NCBI GenBank assembly: GCA_051362555.1
Contig: CM120640.1
Coordinates: 40,464,788-40,528,787, forward strand
Direction of reading: 5' to 3'
DNA: 64,000 bases
Origin: Lingula anatina
Taxonomy: Eukaryota > Animalia > Brachiopoda
The notes under the pieces are model-generated. The model was given only the letters and a program-made list of their open reading frames with translations, had not been told where the DNA came from and searched no databases. The translations under genes and the position numbers were made by a program. Of the stretch, positions 40,839 to 55,032 are shown one piece after another (within the stretch, counting starts at the first letter, position 1; every line of letters begins with the position of its first letter).

Positions 40839-43800
40839 GTCATAGGCTCTAGATTATTCTCATTCTAGTGGGACTGTGTAATGCACTGTAAAGTTGAAAT
40901 GAATCCAGTTCAAATATTTATTACATTAATGATTGGACATCTCCATTAGCACAAGTCTCTAAAGATATCTTAGCAAATTTTGACCAGATTAGCCATGTTG
41001 AATTGATGGGAAAGTTCATAGACAGGAAGCAAGGGAGGGGGGTCTCCAGATACCTTTAAATTGTTATAAACATGATGTCTGTTTTTTTCCTTATAAAATG
41101 TATTAAAATCATTGCAGACTGCTTTGTATTTCACATTACTGACTTTTTTATTTCCGCACCACATAATTATTTATTCTTGACTGCAGTGTCATTAATAAAA
41201 TGGAGGTTGATAGGTGATAATTTTTATTTGGTTTTAATTATATTCTCATGTCTTCCCTAATAAGTTATATGATAATTTAATTGCCATTTTTTGGTCAAGT
41301 TTAACCACATAGTGGACCAAAACTTAAGGGGTAGTATTTTCTTCAGATTTATACGTAACTATTGAGAAAACCTAGTGATAATTACAAAAAAGTTAATATG
41401 TAATTAATATATATATATGTAAATCATAGTGTGGGTAGTATGTGTTTAACTTTAAAAATCCTGAGATATATAATGCATAGGGGGTTTTATGAATTTGAAA
41501 AGGTCAACTCAGATGTATAGAAAAATTACCCAAATGCAACAGTTGTTGTCTGGTGCACCTAGGTTATTCACACTACTTCAAGAGGTAATTCTGCAATACC
41601 CAAGGGTAGAAAAAATAGAGAGAGATTTAAGAGAAACACGAAATTTAATGAAGATTGTTGTGCAGTAATAATAGTTCTTAATTATACACATAATAGGTAT
41701 GCATCACTGGGAGACCTTCTGAACTATTGTATTTCCTCCTTAAAAATTGAATTTTTACATTAGAGACTTTTCTCGGCACAGGTTTAATTGTGTTACTTTA
41801 GATAGAATATCAATTCCAATTTAGTATACTGTATGTTTGTTAATGATTTAATTTTAGGTAGAGAAATGGAGAGATTTAACTGCAAAGATCATGAGGTCAA
41901 AGATAAAGAGAAAAGCCAAGAAGTCAAGGAAATGTGAAGAAGTGACATTAGAAGAAGAAAAACTTGAAACACATGTGGGTGCTTTTTTTTCTTTTTTTTT
42001 TAAGTGAAAGCTGTAGCATTTTGTTCCATATAAAAATATTATAGTGTAGAGTAAAAAAATCTTGTTTTGCTAATAACAATGTCAATGCTCTCAAAAGCCT
42101 CATTTTTTCCAGCTGATTGCAGACCAGATTGTACTGATATTAGAACTACTGCTTGAATTGGATAAAATGCCAGCTGAAACCTTGGAGAAACTGCAGGAGC
42201 ACTATTGTCTTCAAAGCCAAAATGCAGATGTAATTAAGAAAACAGTGGCATTTAACGGAATGTTAAAAACTAATCTTTTGTCTATCAATACACAGCAAGA
42301 CACTATGCTTGTACTATTGTGCATTTATATTAATTACATTCATCTTTCTAGTGGGGAATTTACTTAAGGAATAAAGTGGCTAATACCTGTGTGAGACTTA
42401 TAGGTTTGTTTCTCAGTTGACTTGGCTGAAATTTGGAAAAATTAACAAAAATGACAGTAGAACTTGGGGGCACATTTATCACTTGTAGTTTTACCATGTG
42501 ACATTTTTGTTTTGATGCCATGATAACAAGGTATCAAAATAACAATAGGTATCAGCAGTGGTTATCAATATTGCTCATGCATATGATTTACAAGGCATTA
42601 TTACTGCATAAAATGTCAAGCGGTTTTTGAAGACCCCGAGTTTGCTAATATTCACTTTTCTTAACACTTAAAATTCTATTCTGTCTTCCCCTTACATGTT
42701 AGAAGTGACTAGATTAAGAGAGTGGCAGTTGCAATCACTTTTATATAATGAGAAAGTAAAATTGATGGTTTAAAGATATTACAGGTGTCAGTTTTAATTT
42801 TGTGCTCATGCTTTCTTTATTTTTCAGGTAAAACACCGCTGGTGTGAACTAATAGTGAAACACAAGCATGTGGCTGGGTATAGCCATCTTCAGGACTTCT
42901 TAACTAATCATCAGGTATTGAAGAGAATATGTTCATTTTGTTCATTTTATTGCAGCTGAATCATAAGTTATTGCAAATATAAAACAACAACCAAGGTGCC
43001 TATGGAGATTTTGACAAGTAATGAGGTCATTTATCATCTCTAGAACTGATTAATGGCAAAACAAGGAGCAACATTATGGATTTTCTTCTATCTCAGTGTC
43101 TACAGCCATCTTATGATAATTGTGCATTTTTACTGTGTTTCTTGACGATAACATGGAAGATTATTTTCCTGCTGCTTAACAAGCATGTTCTTGAATTAAA
43201 AAGTAGTTTGTAAGAATGTATATATTGGGAAACGATAAGTAATGTCAACAATTCAGGAAGCAGAGTTTTTATTGATATAGTTAATAACACATAATACTAA
43301 ATATTACTGTAATGTTGTTGCTTTTTGATGATTCGTATGACTTATTTAAGAACAGATGGTTGCTGAAGTCTTCAAGTATAGACTGGAAAATACCTAAGTG
43401 CTTTAGAATGGTGACTAATTACATGTACGTTTGCTCATTCAGCTAGGGATGCCACAACAATGATTCTGATTGAGAAACCAGGTCTTTTTTTCCAGAAAAA
43501 TACATTCCAAGTGGGTAGACCCTTGTTACTTAAATCAATATCTTCTTTCATGACAAAGACTACTTGCTTAGTTTATCACCACTTGCATGCAGTGATAAGG
43601 AAGTCACATGTATCTGATAACATATAGACTAATGTAAGTGGGGAAATATAAAAAATTGTCCAATTAAGCTTATCTGGTATCTAAACCGGAATCCATCCCA
43701 GATCTGCAAATTGCAACTTTGTACAATTGAACGGTTCCTAAAAGTGGCTGTCAAAACCACAGTCTGGATGGCGTGTGACGGCCCACTGTTTTCATGTAGC

Positions 43801-44827
43801 ATTATATTTGTTTCCCTGCGTAAACTCCTGCTAAGGCTGATTCTAACTTTCAGGTTGACTAGTTTAACCAGTATTAATCATATTCATTGCTTTAGATATT
43901 GATCTGATTGACTTTGATCTTTGTAAAGCTACATCCAATACAAATGGGGATTCGTCAAGGCAAAAGGCTATACGTTTTCAACCATTGTTCCTGCATATGC
44001 ATGTTGAACATTAATGGCATAGCAATGACAAAGTAATATGTTCATTATACTCCATGTAATTGGCTTTACCGCTCGCTAAGCACGGAAGTATGGACTGTAA
44101 AAGCTGAACTAGTAGACTGGTCTCTTCAGTGGAATCCTTATAGTATGTTTATTAATTTGAAGAAATAATGACTGGTTTCAGTGTTATTATTGCGCTTTTT
44201 TCAATAAGGAACATGCAAGTTTTATGGTGACACATTTTAGATAAGTTTGTGAAAGTAAAATCGGGTGTTTTATTACGTTTGTTGGACTTGATTTATTTAC
44301 TTTTTAAAAGGAACCTAGGGTTTATAGACGTTTTGTAACATGCATTTTAATCAGGTAGGCTGTGGAAAAAGAACAATTATAGTAACTTGATTTGCTAAGC
44401 GATTGCTCTTTAGATGCAATTTTTTACTTCATCTGTACACACTTTGAAGACATTTTCTCTTTAACTTCAAGTGAAAATTAAAATGCACTTAATAACCAAT
44501 GACTTACAGACAAAATTAGATGCCTATTCTTTCATTTCCCCTTTCAGAGACAACTAACCAAAATAGTTAAGACCTTCTATTTTGGGTTAATTTTCTATTT
44601 AATCATTCTGAGCTTAACTTGAATGGCAGTTGCTGGTATTGTAGTGTTGTATTTGTTTTCAGGCAATGGGAGTGTACTTGTATGGAGAATGCATCATTTC
44701 GGGTTCAAAAAGATTGGAACGTCTGGCTCGTACCTGCTACGATCTCACTAAAGCACAAATGGAAGATGGGACGCGAAGGACTGTGCAAGAAATGTTGACT
44801 GGGAAAACTGCCAAGCCTTTTACTTGA
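33996..44827 (+). CDS. AOPEP: Aminopeptidase O (M1 family); 15 coding exons, about 888 aa
   Basis: Exons 33996-34912, 35163-35264, 35594-35721, 36197-36311 (GC donor), 36766-37014, 37122-37308, 38054-38160, 38871-38973, 39239-39346, 39868-39972, 40395-40454, 41858-41974, 42113-42229, 42828-42914, 44663-44827; 2667 nt, phase-consistent. Motifs: DLPLFSNAKDIHVKHYILDL, NNRSFFPCQD, FASLGMASP, HEVSHSWFG-x-EEWLSEGFATY (HExxH-x18-E), FTQVHYLKGYFLL, basic RSKIKRKAKKSRK, HRWCELIVKH, HQAMGVYLYGE. Confidence 0.93.
36416..36482. mobile_element. Miniature fold-back (MITE-like hairpin) in an AOPEP intron
   Basis: ctgggcccggtttcatc pairs with gataaaacagggcccaa; inner gctggata pairs with tatccagc. Confidence 0.55.
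39451..39704. mobile_element. 254-bp fold-back MITE with about 42-bp TIRs and a nested inner inverted repeat
   Basis: accccgttcccataccttgatcaatctagcaggatcgacccat / atgggtcgatcctgctagattgatctaggtatgggaatggggt (2 mismatches), with gtg on both sides. Inner aggggtttct...cttaag / cttaag...agaaacccct at 39499-39655. Confidence 0.8.
40136..40285 (-). mobile_element. G-rich MITE family B, copy 2
   Basis: caggcctgtagc...gctatgggcctg with TSD actct at 40131-40135 and 40286-40290. Homologous to 28094-28268 in opposite orientation. Confidence 0.75.
40312..40360. repeat. (GT)n/(GCGT)n compound microsatellite
   Basis: Direct reading. Confidence 0.9.
40787..40837. repeat. Poly(T) tract of about 50 nt
   Basis: Direct reading. 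Confidence 0.9.
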
Positions 44828-44887
44828 TTGAGCGTAGAGAAATGTTGACTGGGAAGGCGGCCAAACCTTTTACGTGATTGGACGTAG
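44788..44887 (+). repeat. 50-bp tandem duplication spanning the AOPEP stop codon
   Basis: agaaatgttgactgggaaaactgccaagccttttacttgattgagcgtag is followed by agaaatgttgactgggaaggcggccaaaccttttacgtgattggacgtag. Confidence 0.9.
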
Positions 44888-44972
44888 AACAAAATGCAGG
44901 AAGCGCTGCTGAATCTTTAAAGTGGTTGAACTCCAGAATTGGTTTGTGAAAAGATCGTTGTCTGAGAAGGAA

Positions 44973-44979
44973 TCTCTCT

Positions 44980-45019
<40 letters not shown>

Positions 45020-45032
45020 GCGTGCGTGTGTG
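44973..45032. repeat. (CT)n(GT)n microsatellite in the AOPEP 3'UTR
   Basis: Direct reading. Confidence 0.9.
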
Positions 45033-45541
45033 AGAGTATGTAAGTTACATGTACATCCTCTTTTCAGGAGCTGTAATGACTTTTGGACAAAGAAAATTAC
45101 TTCAGCTAGCCTAATTGACATAACATGTTTACCATCTCTGTCACATGGAACTTAACGTGGGTGATTAAATATAACCTTCCCAAAGCAGACACGCTTCGGA
45201 ACTAGGCGAGAAGTACTTGAAATAACGATTGATAGAGCATTGCCTTCATTTGTTGAATGCTCAGTTATGGCTTTGTACTATCGTTTTCACAAGTTTGTTT
45301 ATAATGACGTTATGAAAATAAATATAATGAAAACAAATATGTTCAGTCCTTACATTGTAACTAATTTTGACTGAGCGAGAGCGAATTATTTTTGTATAAG
45401 TTCTGTAAATCTTAATTTTAGTGGAAACAGATGGATAATGTGGCACATTCTGTTTTTTCTTATGTATTGTTATTTGGCAAAAAGTTTTTGTGTTTTTCAA
45501 TTTATTTAAAAGATTTAAGTGACAGATATATCGATTGGAGA

Positions 45542-45547
45542 AATAAA
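45542..45547 (+). terminator. Candidate AOPEP polyadenylation signal
   Basis: First clear AATAAA that I found after the stop, about 715 nt downstream. Confidence 0.35.
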
Positions 45548-48500
45548 ATATAAACGAAATTAGCCCATAAATGAAATGCGCTACGGAGCTATTTCTTTAT
45601 CGAATTCCCGGTGAATTTTATTATGGCCAAAGGAACTAATTTTATCTAGTTTCCCAATGTCTATCGCATGACACAATAATGTTAAAGAAAAGTGCATAAC
45701 GCATGCAATTTGTTTTGTTCTATATGTACAGTACCATTGCCTCATATCAGAATCGATATACGTAGAACGATAATTTCACTGGAAATGAGCTCTATAATTA
45801 CGAAGGACGACTACTACTGTATCCACAGATGGACAAAACTGACGAAAAATACCCCTTGAGATGCATTGTACAATTATCAAAAACGGGAGATTTGCATATA
45901 CTTTCCAAGTTTCACCACTCTTGGTTCGCTAAAAACTGTTTAACATCCATGTACACTAACTTCAAACGCGTGTTGCCAAGAATTGACAGAACAATGTAAG
46001 GGACAAAATTTGTGACAGCGATTCTTTTAATTGCTACTCTGTGATGTTTGCGTTACACTGGCAACTTCGTCGCAAAATTAAAACTGTCATGATTATACTC
46101 TCTTGTTGCTTCATTTTCTAAGAGCGGATTGTGTGACGTGTTCACATTTTTCACACCCATTTCCAATGGAAATGACACCGCCATTGATTGTTTTGTGGGA
46201 ACTTTGCTCACACTTAGCTAGGTGCGTGAATCCACAGGTTAATGTATGTAGTCTAAATTGAAAAGTGCAGTTTTAGAAATATTCAGTATTATTTGTTTTG
46301 TTCTGGAAAAACATTGTTCTGGCTCAAAAGCTAGAGGTTATATGTTTTCTCTTGATTTATCAGTTTTGTTCTTTCAGTCCCATATTGATAAAAAAAACGA
46401 CTTCCGATTTTTTTTTTATTTTTTTTTTTTGGGGGGGGGAGGGGGTCATACATGTAGTTGTTGTTTGCAATAGATAGATTCTATTACACGTATATTCTCT
46501 TCAACTTTACAACGTGGTTCTACTGACAAAGAGAATTTTTATTTTCTTCAGAAGAAAAATGCCTGATTCTGATAAGCAATAAGCACCTCCCCCTCATTTT
46601 GATCGCGAATCCGCCTGTGGTATTCCAATAAACCACTCCATAAAGTAGTGGCATAATACAAAAAGGCAACCAGCCGAGAGAGGTCTATTAGATTGATGAA
46701 GTGTCACCTATATCAATGATATAAGACGTGAGGAATATCCGCTGTTGAAAAAACGGGTCTTCACCAACAGATCAGCCTCATCTCCTGAGATAATCTTGTC
46801 AAACCTAGCCTCATGACTGTTTTGTCTCCTAGATTATCGTTTTATTACACTGTAGTTATGACAAATATGATTCGTTCATGCAGGGGTGCTGGCACTTAGG
46901 TTTTCTATCCGCCGGTTGAAGTGTGGGATTAGAATGAATAATGAAAGTAATGGGTTAGAGGGTTATCGTTACATTCAATATTCATTTGCATTATAAAACT
47001 ATATTTTTTAACAAAGTAAAAAATATATATTCTAATGTGTATCGGTATTTTATCTGAATAATCCTTATCGCGTACAAAATAAAAGAGATTTAGCCATAGT
47101 AACATAATTTTTTAACTGAATCTCTGATGATTTGATTAAATTATGTATTTGATCAGATGTATAAAGCTTTAAGATATCCAAGGATGATAGTGGACGCTTG
47201 GTTAACTATCCCATCGCTTGGTTGCCCCACCTACTTTTTACCGAACTAAAACTTTGCGCAGCCCTTCACCTCTATTGAATTTATCACTAATACATTTTGT
47301 GTGCTAATGGGTGACGAGGTTAGAGATTAAGTGCACAACCAGAGGAATGCACGAATAGAGTTTGAACAGTGCAAAATGGAAGTGTCAGAAAAAATTACTT
47401 TTAATACGCAGTTTAGAAAAATATTTCGGAAACGACATATATCCGACGCACGCTGTTACTGCAGCGGAAATACAAGTTGTATGTGATAGCAAAAAGATCA
47501 ATTTTCAAAGATGATATATTACTTTTTTGTGCTTCATAATTTTTAATTATATTTTGCTAGCTCTTTTATTTTATTTACCAACACCATAAACATTCTGTAT
47601 CATTGTGGGGATAAACATTACATACGGATGAGACCACACGGAACTAAAACTAAATGCTATTACGAAGCAAAAAAGAAAAAAAAAGATAACATGAGGACAG
47701 TAGCAGATTAGGATTTTGCAAGATGAAGCACAAGGATGAAAAACAAATAATATTACTAAGTAGACGAGGACAATTTAACGATGAAAAAAGTAATTAGGCC
47801 TAGTATTGCCACGGCTAGCTCGCGAAAATGTTATGTGGGGAGGGAAAAAGGAAAGAAGTGGGCTACATGTACGGACCTGAGCAGTATAAAATTATGGAAG
47901 GATTAGATTTGTACCTAACCGTCTAAGATTACATTTAGGTAAATATGATAAACATGGACTATTATCGAGTGAAAAAATCATCGCATAGAATATCCACCAT
48001 TCAATCACTGATTTTGAATCTGTTGTTGTTTGTCTTAATAATAAAACGCGCAAAATGAAATAAAAAATATAATCCAAACAATCAAGATAAAACATGACTT
48101 AATAAGCATTTTGAAAATAAGGCTTTTAATCTTTTTTATGAATGTATACTATTAGAACATAGACATTCATTTTTTAGTTCGTGGACTTCGGTACAACGTG
48201 GAATATCATGATATGAGATCACAATGACAGCTTTTTTCGTTCTTTTATTTAACATTTTGGTGGAGTTGACCTTCATTCTTTTCCATTTAAATCGAATTTT
48301 TGGAATTCCATGTCTGCTAGGCACAGATCCTATAAAAGATTTTGTGCTAGTATGATGAAAAGGTGCCCAAAATGGTTGCACTAATAGACATTGGGAACTT
48401 TTAACAGATAAAATGTGTATTTTTAATACAAATTACGCAAAAAGTGACGCACTAGTAACACAATTTAAATGAGTTGCCATCAAACATACAGTTGTAAGAG

Positions 48501-48943
48501 GAAAACCAAAAAGAAATCGTTTTCGCCTATTTTTTAAAAAAATCTTGTACAAACATTTTGAAAAAGAGACAAAGTTATAATCATCTCCTTTGAAAGCGAT
48601 AAAAAGACCAGGTGCCCCCGATACTTAGGAGACGTTTTACTTATAAAGCGCATCTCCAGTATAGAACGTTAAAAAGTTCCTTCATAAATTTGATCATCGA
48701 TACAGTACACGTTTAAATGACAGTGCATTTAGGTAAAGAATTTTTGAAGTAATTCCGGCTTATCCGAAATAGCAATTTGATATCCCAATGAATACAAGTC
48801 CATGACTTAAAAAGGTGAGGTCTTTCCTTTCAAAACACCCAAAGCTTTTCGTCGTTGACACCAATCCCAAGTAGCCAAGTAGGCGGTTAGCCAAAACGGT
48901 TATCCAATACTGATGGTTAGTGATGAAAAAACCAATGGTGGCA

Positions 48944-49891
48944 CTAATAAGTCGCATTCAGTTCCAGAGGCGCTTCCTTAATATATGTGCATCTGTCGAT
49001 ACACGTCTTGTGTAGCACTAAACATTCACGTACATAGGTGCTGGCACTCTTGACGCAGTAGACGAAGAGAGGGTTGCACACTTTCTGCAGGCATTCTGAA
49101 TGAAAGATATGGAAAAGATACTCATCGAATATTTTTGTTAAATTATTCAAAGTAGGATACAAGTTAAAGTGTGTGCCCTTGACACAGGGGTTGAACAATA
49201 AGAATAGAATACCATTTAGACAATACTTAAAAGTAAACAAATTTAATATCAAGTTGAAACGTATGCTTGTTTTACGTTAAGGTTAAAAAAGTGGTACAGT
49301 TTATGAAGATTTAATTAAAGAAAAAAAAAAAAACAACAAGTATCCGTAGTCAGAAAAGTCAAGTGCAAAGACTCGTACATCTGTGCTGGGTGTTATTAAA
49401 ACAACTGGATTGTGGGTAATAAAGGAATACATAACCTCCTTAATCAGTTCTCGAGGAGAGGTTAAACCCATGCGTCTGACAATCAGAAATAAGAACCAGG
49501 TTAAAAACAAGTTGGCAATTGATTTTGTTTCATTCATTTTACTTTGCAGGCTAATTACGATTACGCACAGGCACTTTTCGACCATGTACGTGGGCCGATT
49601 TGAAATTCAGTTGTTTTCTATGTCCTGGCACCATGTTTAATGAAGATTCTTATGATTCAGTGTAACGTGGATACAGTACCTTCCATACCGGTATTCTCTA
49701 GGGTCGCCTCATTTGCCTCAGTCTGTAGGTGTGTCGTGACAGATTTTTTGGTCCACCAAGCTAGAAAAAGAAGTGTTAAGTCTGTTAAGTATTAAAGCGA
49801 CCGCTGAGATGAATCGTGCCAAGTGAGGACGACCTAGCTTTAATGGAAATACAAATTAAGTGAATACACGCCATGATCTCAACTTATATCG

Positions 49892-49939
<48 letters not shown>

Positions 49940-52900
49940 TGTCGTTACGTTTTTAAAAATATGCTATCAGATATGAGGTTGCCTTTTACATTGATGATAT
50001 ATTCAGCAAAATGTGAAGCGTTAAATTGTTTTATAAAAAGCGTCATAAAATTACATATAGTAAGACGCAGTGACGCAAAATGTTTCTCTTGCACTTACCG
50101 TTGCCTTTTGCATATTCGTTTGACGGCCATCTTTTAGATTTCATTTGGATTTCTGACTGAGGAGCTTCGTCATTGGATAATATTTGTAATGATTCAAAAT
50201 ATCCAGGAAGCGCCTTTCCATATGCACCTGAATAAAAGAGAATTTTTTATGAAAAAGTAGGCAAGACAAAACTGATGAGTTGATTAACGAGAAAACAGAG
50301 TAGAGCGACAAATAACATTACTATCTTTGTATTCTAACGAGCATAGCAGCTTTTTGTGGAAATGCCTTATCCCATGCGGACATTCTATAGTATGAAAACA
50401 ACAACAGTAAGGTTTTCCAGGGCTCACTTGTAAATTTCTTACCAAACCCATAATAAATGCATTTTTCATTCGATAAATAGACGCGAAAATAAAATTTGAT
50501 TTCCTCAAAATAAAAATCGGTCGCACTTGTTAACCAACTCATCAATTTTGTCTAGCCTAATGTATTTTCTTACAAGTGTTCCCTTTTAAAATGTAATGGA
50601 ACCAAAGTAGATATATTGTCTAAAATTGCATTATGCTATTTGCTCTTAAGCTATGAAGTGAGCCGTAACATCTTCAACACTGCATGGGCAGAATTATTGC
50701 CTACTCGTATTTTTATAGTAGAATTTTTAGAAATTGACGGCAGTGGTGCGTAGCCTAATACGTAGCATAAAATACACCGTTTTTCCGAACTGAAACTTTT
50801 CAATTTCACGCCGAACAAAGGGATTCCCCTTTGTTTATTGTGTTTTCAATTGACTATTGGTGTCAAGGGGATCGCGTCATTAAGGTTCGGATAGGCAAAA
50901 TGATGCGTTTTAGATTCGATGACCGGTTTCATTGTTAAAGAAGAATTAAGATGGCACAATTATGTGGCACTCGAGGTATCATGTTGTCGCTAATCACCTC
51001 AATACACGAACACCGTCTGTGAACGCGGAATACTGAATACCGTGAAACAGTGGCAAGGTTCTTGCTTTGAAATCCCATTATATTGCCCATAATGTCAGCA
51101 CTTGGAGATGTATGTTATACAGTTTAAAAGAATCCTACTAACGAACATCGCAAATATCATTAAGTACAATTAAGTGAGATGTATCAAATCGCGTTCAATT
51201 TTACATTTGTTTACAAATGCTGTTTTTAAATAAAGCAACATCAGTGAAGAAACACCATGTCTAATGGGCCATCGATCGTTCTGATATCAATTAGCGCTAT
51301 TGCCCTAATACAAACTATTCACTTACACAAGCAGACTGCTGAAATAAGGCACAATAAAGAAATCATTGTCTTTAAATGTCGTGTTGATATTTTAATTGTA
51401 ATTGTTTTCATTTCTTGTAATAAAGCATAGTATAAAACTTTTATGTTTGATAAACACAATATGATATGAATGTTAGCAAATATAGCATAATATGCAGTGA
51501 ATATAGGGTAATCTTTAAAATTTGCACGTAAATGTTCGGATTCACCTATCGACAATACGTTTCACGTCTTTACATAAATTGCAGCAGTTTGGCGAGCGCA
51601 TGTATCAGCTATCGTGCTATCACCATTATTCGTATCCATCTTTCCGTTTTAACTCGTGCATAAAGGTATTGAATTTGTTGCTGGATTGCTGGTAGATCAG
51701 AATAATGCAATGTTTGTGAAAATTATTCAAGGACGGATGCCAGAAGATATTTGGTTTGAACTTGCTGCGATACATGCCATGGCGATCGTTGCACGGATTT
51801 TACAATGGTTGGGCTAGTGCTGTGGTTTAAGTATTTTAAAATCGTTGGTCCAGTTTACAGAAAGCGTGTTCACCGCATCGTACACTCACGCCCATAGGAA
51901 GCCCACGCCCCTTTTTAAGACCCATGTGTTTTCTACATACGCATAGATGGTTGCTCAGAACAACCGAACACATTTTATCCAAAGCATTTAAAATTGCAAA
52001 AAATATATAAGTCGGTTGATGCATAAATTTATCCCCAATCACCAATGCTCTCACCATTTAACTGGCGACCGCGTTATTGACAAAGAGTTTTATGCGCGTC
52101 GTGTGATCCACAAAATTACTCAAGAAAAAGAGCAAATACGTTTGTCTAATATTCACCGTGGAAATCCGAGCATAGCGTTCTGATATTAAGACTAATGGTT
52201 TATGTTATATGCCAAGTCTCAATTTTAACAAAATTCCAACAAAACATACTTCCATTTTATATCAGATAACGTCATGGATCTATTTTAATACACATTTTGC
52301 AGTGGAATGGAGCCTTTCCCTTGCCAAATTTCATACGTAAACTTCATGTTTCTTCCTTATGAGTAGGTAATTGGTGTGCTTTTAAGAAGCTTTTCTAGTG
52401 ATAAAACATTTTTGTTCATGGTAGGCGCCTTATTCCTGTGCATTTGCAGTTATTGTGTTTTATTTAAGCGCAAAAATCAATGGTTAAATGAATTAGATTT
52501 CAGCTGTTTCACTGATTTCTAAACATGAAACACGACGTTAACAAAGCACGGGTCGGAAGCGCGCTTGGTCGTATCCAATTGATGTAGTGTAAATGTGCCG
52601 CCGGTAAAACACGTCTTGAGCCCCACATAAGAACAAGAATTGCAGGTGTTAAAACAGTTAGATGTGCACAAAGACATTTATAAAAGATGATGAATGGGCA
52701 AATGAACTTGTTTCTGTGGCATAGAAATCAATCATGGTTAATCACAACTTTTTTTTTAATTTGAAAAGAACAACCTTTCACGGTTATTTTCGCAAGCGAC
52801 ACAAAATTGTTATACGGTGTATTTTCTTCTTGTTGTGGGGCAAATTAAGTAAGAACTTTTTGTAACTACTTTATGAGACAGATGGAATATTTTTAATTGT

Positions 52901-54971
52901 CTAGTCTTTAGTTTATTTTGATACAATTTAAAACATATTTTATTCAAAGACTTTGCATGATCCTCTGAGGTTACAGTAATAATCAGGGCCTTTTCAAGAG
53001 CCAAACTGAACTACTTAAAGTGTCGCACGGCCAGTTCCATACAAATCAACTATCTCCTCGTGTTGACACTGGTCTAGCCGGGATCGCCACCCCTGCAGAC
53101 CACGAGTAACGTCCTGTGTCATTCTTCTGCAAATACCCGAGCCAAGGAGCCTTTTCCACTAAGGCTCCATTCAGAATAGGGGACTAACTAGTCCGAGGGT
53201 CAAATATGGCGACCCACTACAAAGCTTGCCGTGTAATCCGCTAATACCGCTAATAGACACTGAATAGATATCCCATGGGGAAGTATTCAAGTGGGTCGGC
53301 CATATTTGAACCTCGGACTAGTTAGTCCCCTATTCTGAATGGGGTCTAAGTCTAAAGAACTTTTGATATTCTCAGACAGCCACAATCGTAGAGCCGACGC
53401 TTCCAAGCTAGGTCTAAGAGCTTTTAAGAATCATTAGCCTTAAATAGATGGGTTGGATATATCTAAGTGGGCTGTTGTCATAACTGATAATAAAAATCAT
53501 TGTCAGCACAATCACAATTTGCTCTATGAGCTTAGGTAAGACAGAAAAAAAGGGGTAAGGGGTATGTTAGATTCTTTGTGAAACATGTTCTATATTGGCT
53601 AAGATTTTAGCTCTTTGTTGGCCCTAGATTCAGCTCAAAAGGGTAGACGACTTAAAATCATAACAGGATTCTCAGTATGCAGTTGTGTGTACTCGTCTCC
53701 ATAAAAGGAGTTATTTTAATTGGACTGAGTAATTTTTAACGAAGGTACCAATAAGCGATATGGCATTGCCCCTTGCTCTAATCCTGAGCCACTGTGGTTT
53801 TATTAGAATAATGTTAATAATGTTGCACGTAAGTACATACCTTGAATGAACATCAGTGTTGCAACTGTGATCACTATAACATGCACCACAGATAATGGTA
53901 GATCCATCAGCCTTATTCCCTGAAAATGAAATATAATCGAGTTTTGTGGTAAATTTGTATGGGGAATAACACATTGTCATTAAACAATTCGGAAAGGTTC
54001 ACCTCAGACATGTTATAAAAATTAGACTACTCTGCCAAGTACTAGAACAGCCAGTAAAAGTACACATTGTAAGGGGGTAAAACTGTCTTATTTCTTAAGC
54101 TCTGCTGAAACTATTACCGCCAAACTTATGCAAAGTCTGATTTTCCTGATATTTGATTCTGCAAGCCCGACATTCATGCACTAGAGACATATAAAAATGG
54201 TTCTGAATCTTTTAGAGGCGGTTTAACACGCCTGAGGAATAGTGATTGTATACTTTTTGCCGACCCTAAAGTGAATTAACCAAATTAATTTGGATCGGCT
54301 CTGTAGCTGTTAATAGTGACTATAATGCGTTTTGGAGATGTCGGGCGTTAATTGCTCTCTTGTCAGCCGACCCCAAGGTAAGTTAGCTCAGTTACTTCAT
54401 TATCTAAAAATGTTTCAAGCAAGTTCACGTCTGTCTATGCATTCAAATGGTGTAGGGTATGTTACATGCGTTCTATTCTAGACCACATTCTAGTGCATAA
54501 TTTAGACCAGTTATGAAAAATGTCTAGAATGACTTAAAGGATTTACTCGGGGTGAGATGTTGATTGCTTTCTAATTTGTTGGGTTCACAGCAAGTTTTCC
54601 AGTCAATTATGTTTCTGCTGGTTGTCATCCCTTAATTGTCAGATTACATTTCAGGCAAATCGGTTTCCTGTCTACCGCCTAGTTCATTTTCTCGTATCTT
54701 AGTTTTATCACTTATCATCCACCAATCTGTCTCCCTTTCTCCCACAATCAAGAAATGATTCAATTTGTATCTTGTATTTATCAATTAAATCAGGATTTAT
54801 CTTTTCTTAAAATATCCGATATTGGGCAATGATTGACTTAAAATCTGATACATAGCATTTAGTCATGGCTTATCAAGACCCACAGTGGGTTCCCCGTGTT
54901 TGTGATATCTCGTTTATAATTTGAATTGACGAATGAATCGCGCCCCCACTTGGGAAGAACCACTGACATAA

Positions 54972-55032
<61 letters not shown>

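Noticed and set aside
42915-44662. miR-23b/27b/24-like cluster in the last AOPEP intron
   Set aside because: No matching mature sequences or convincing hairpins were seen.
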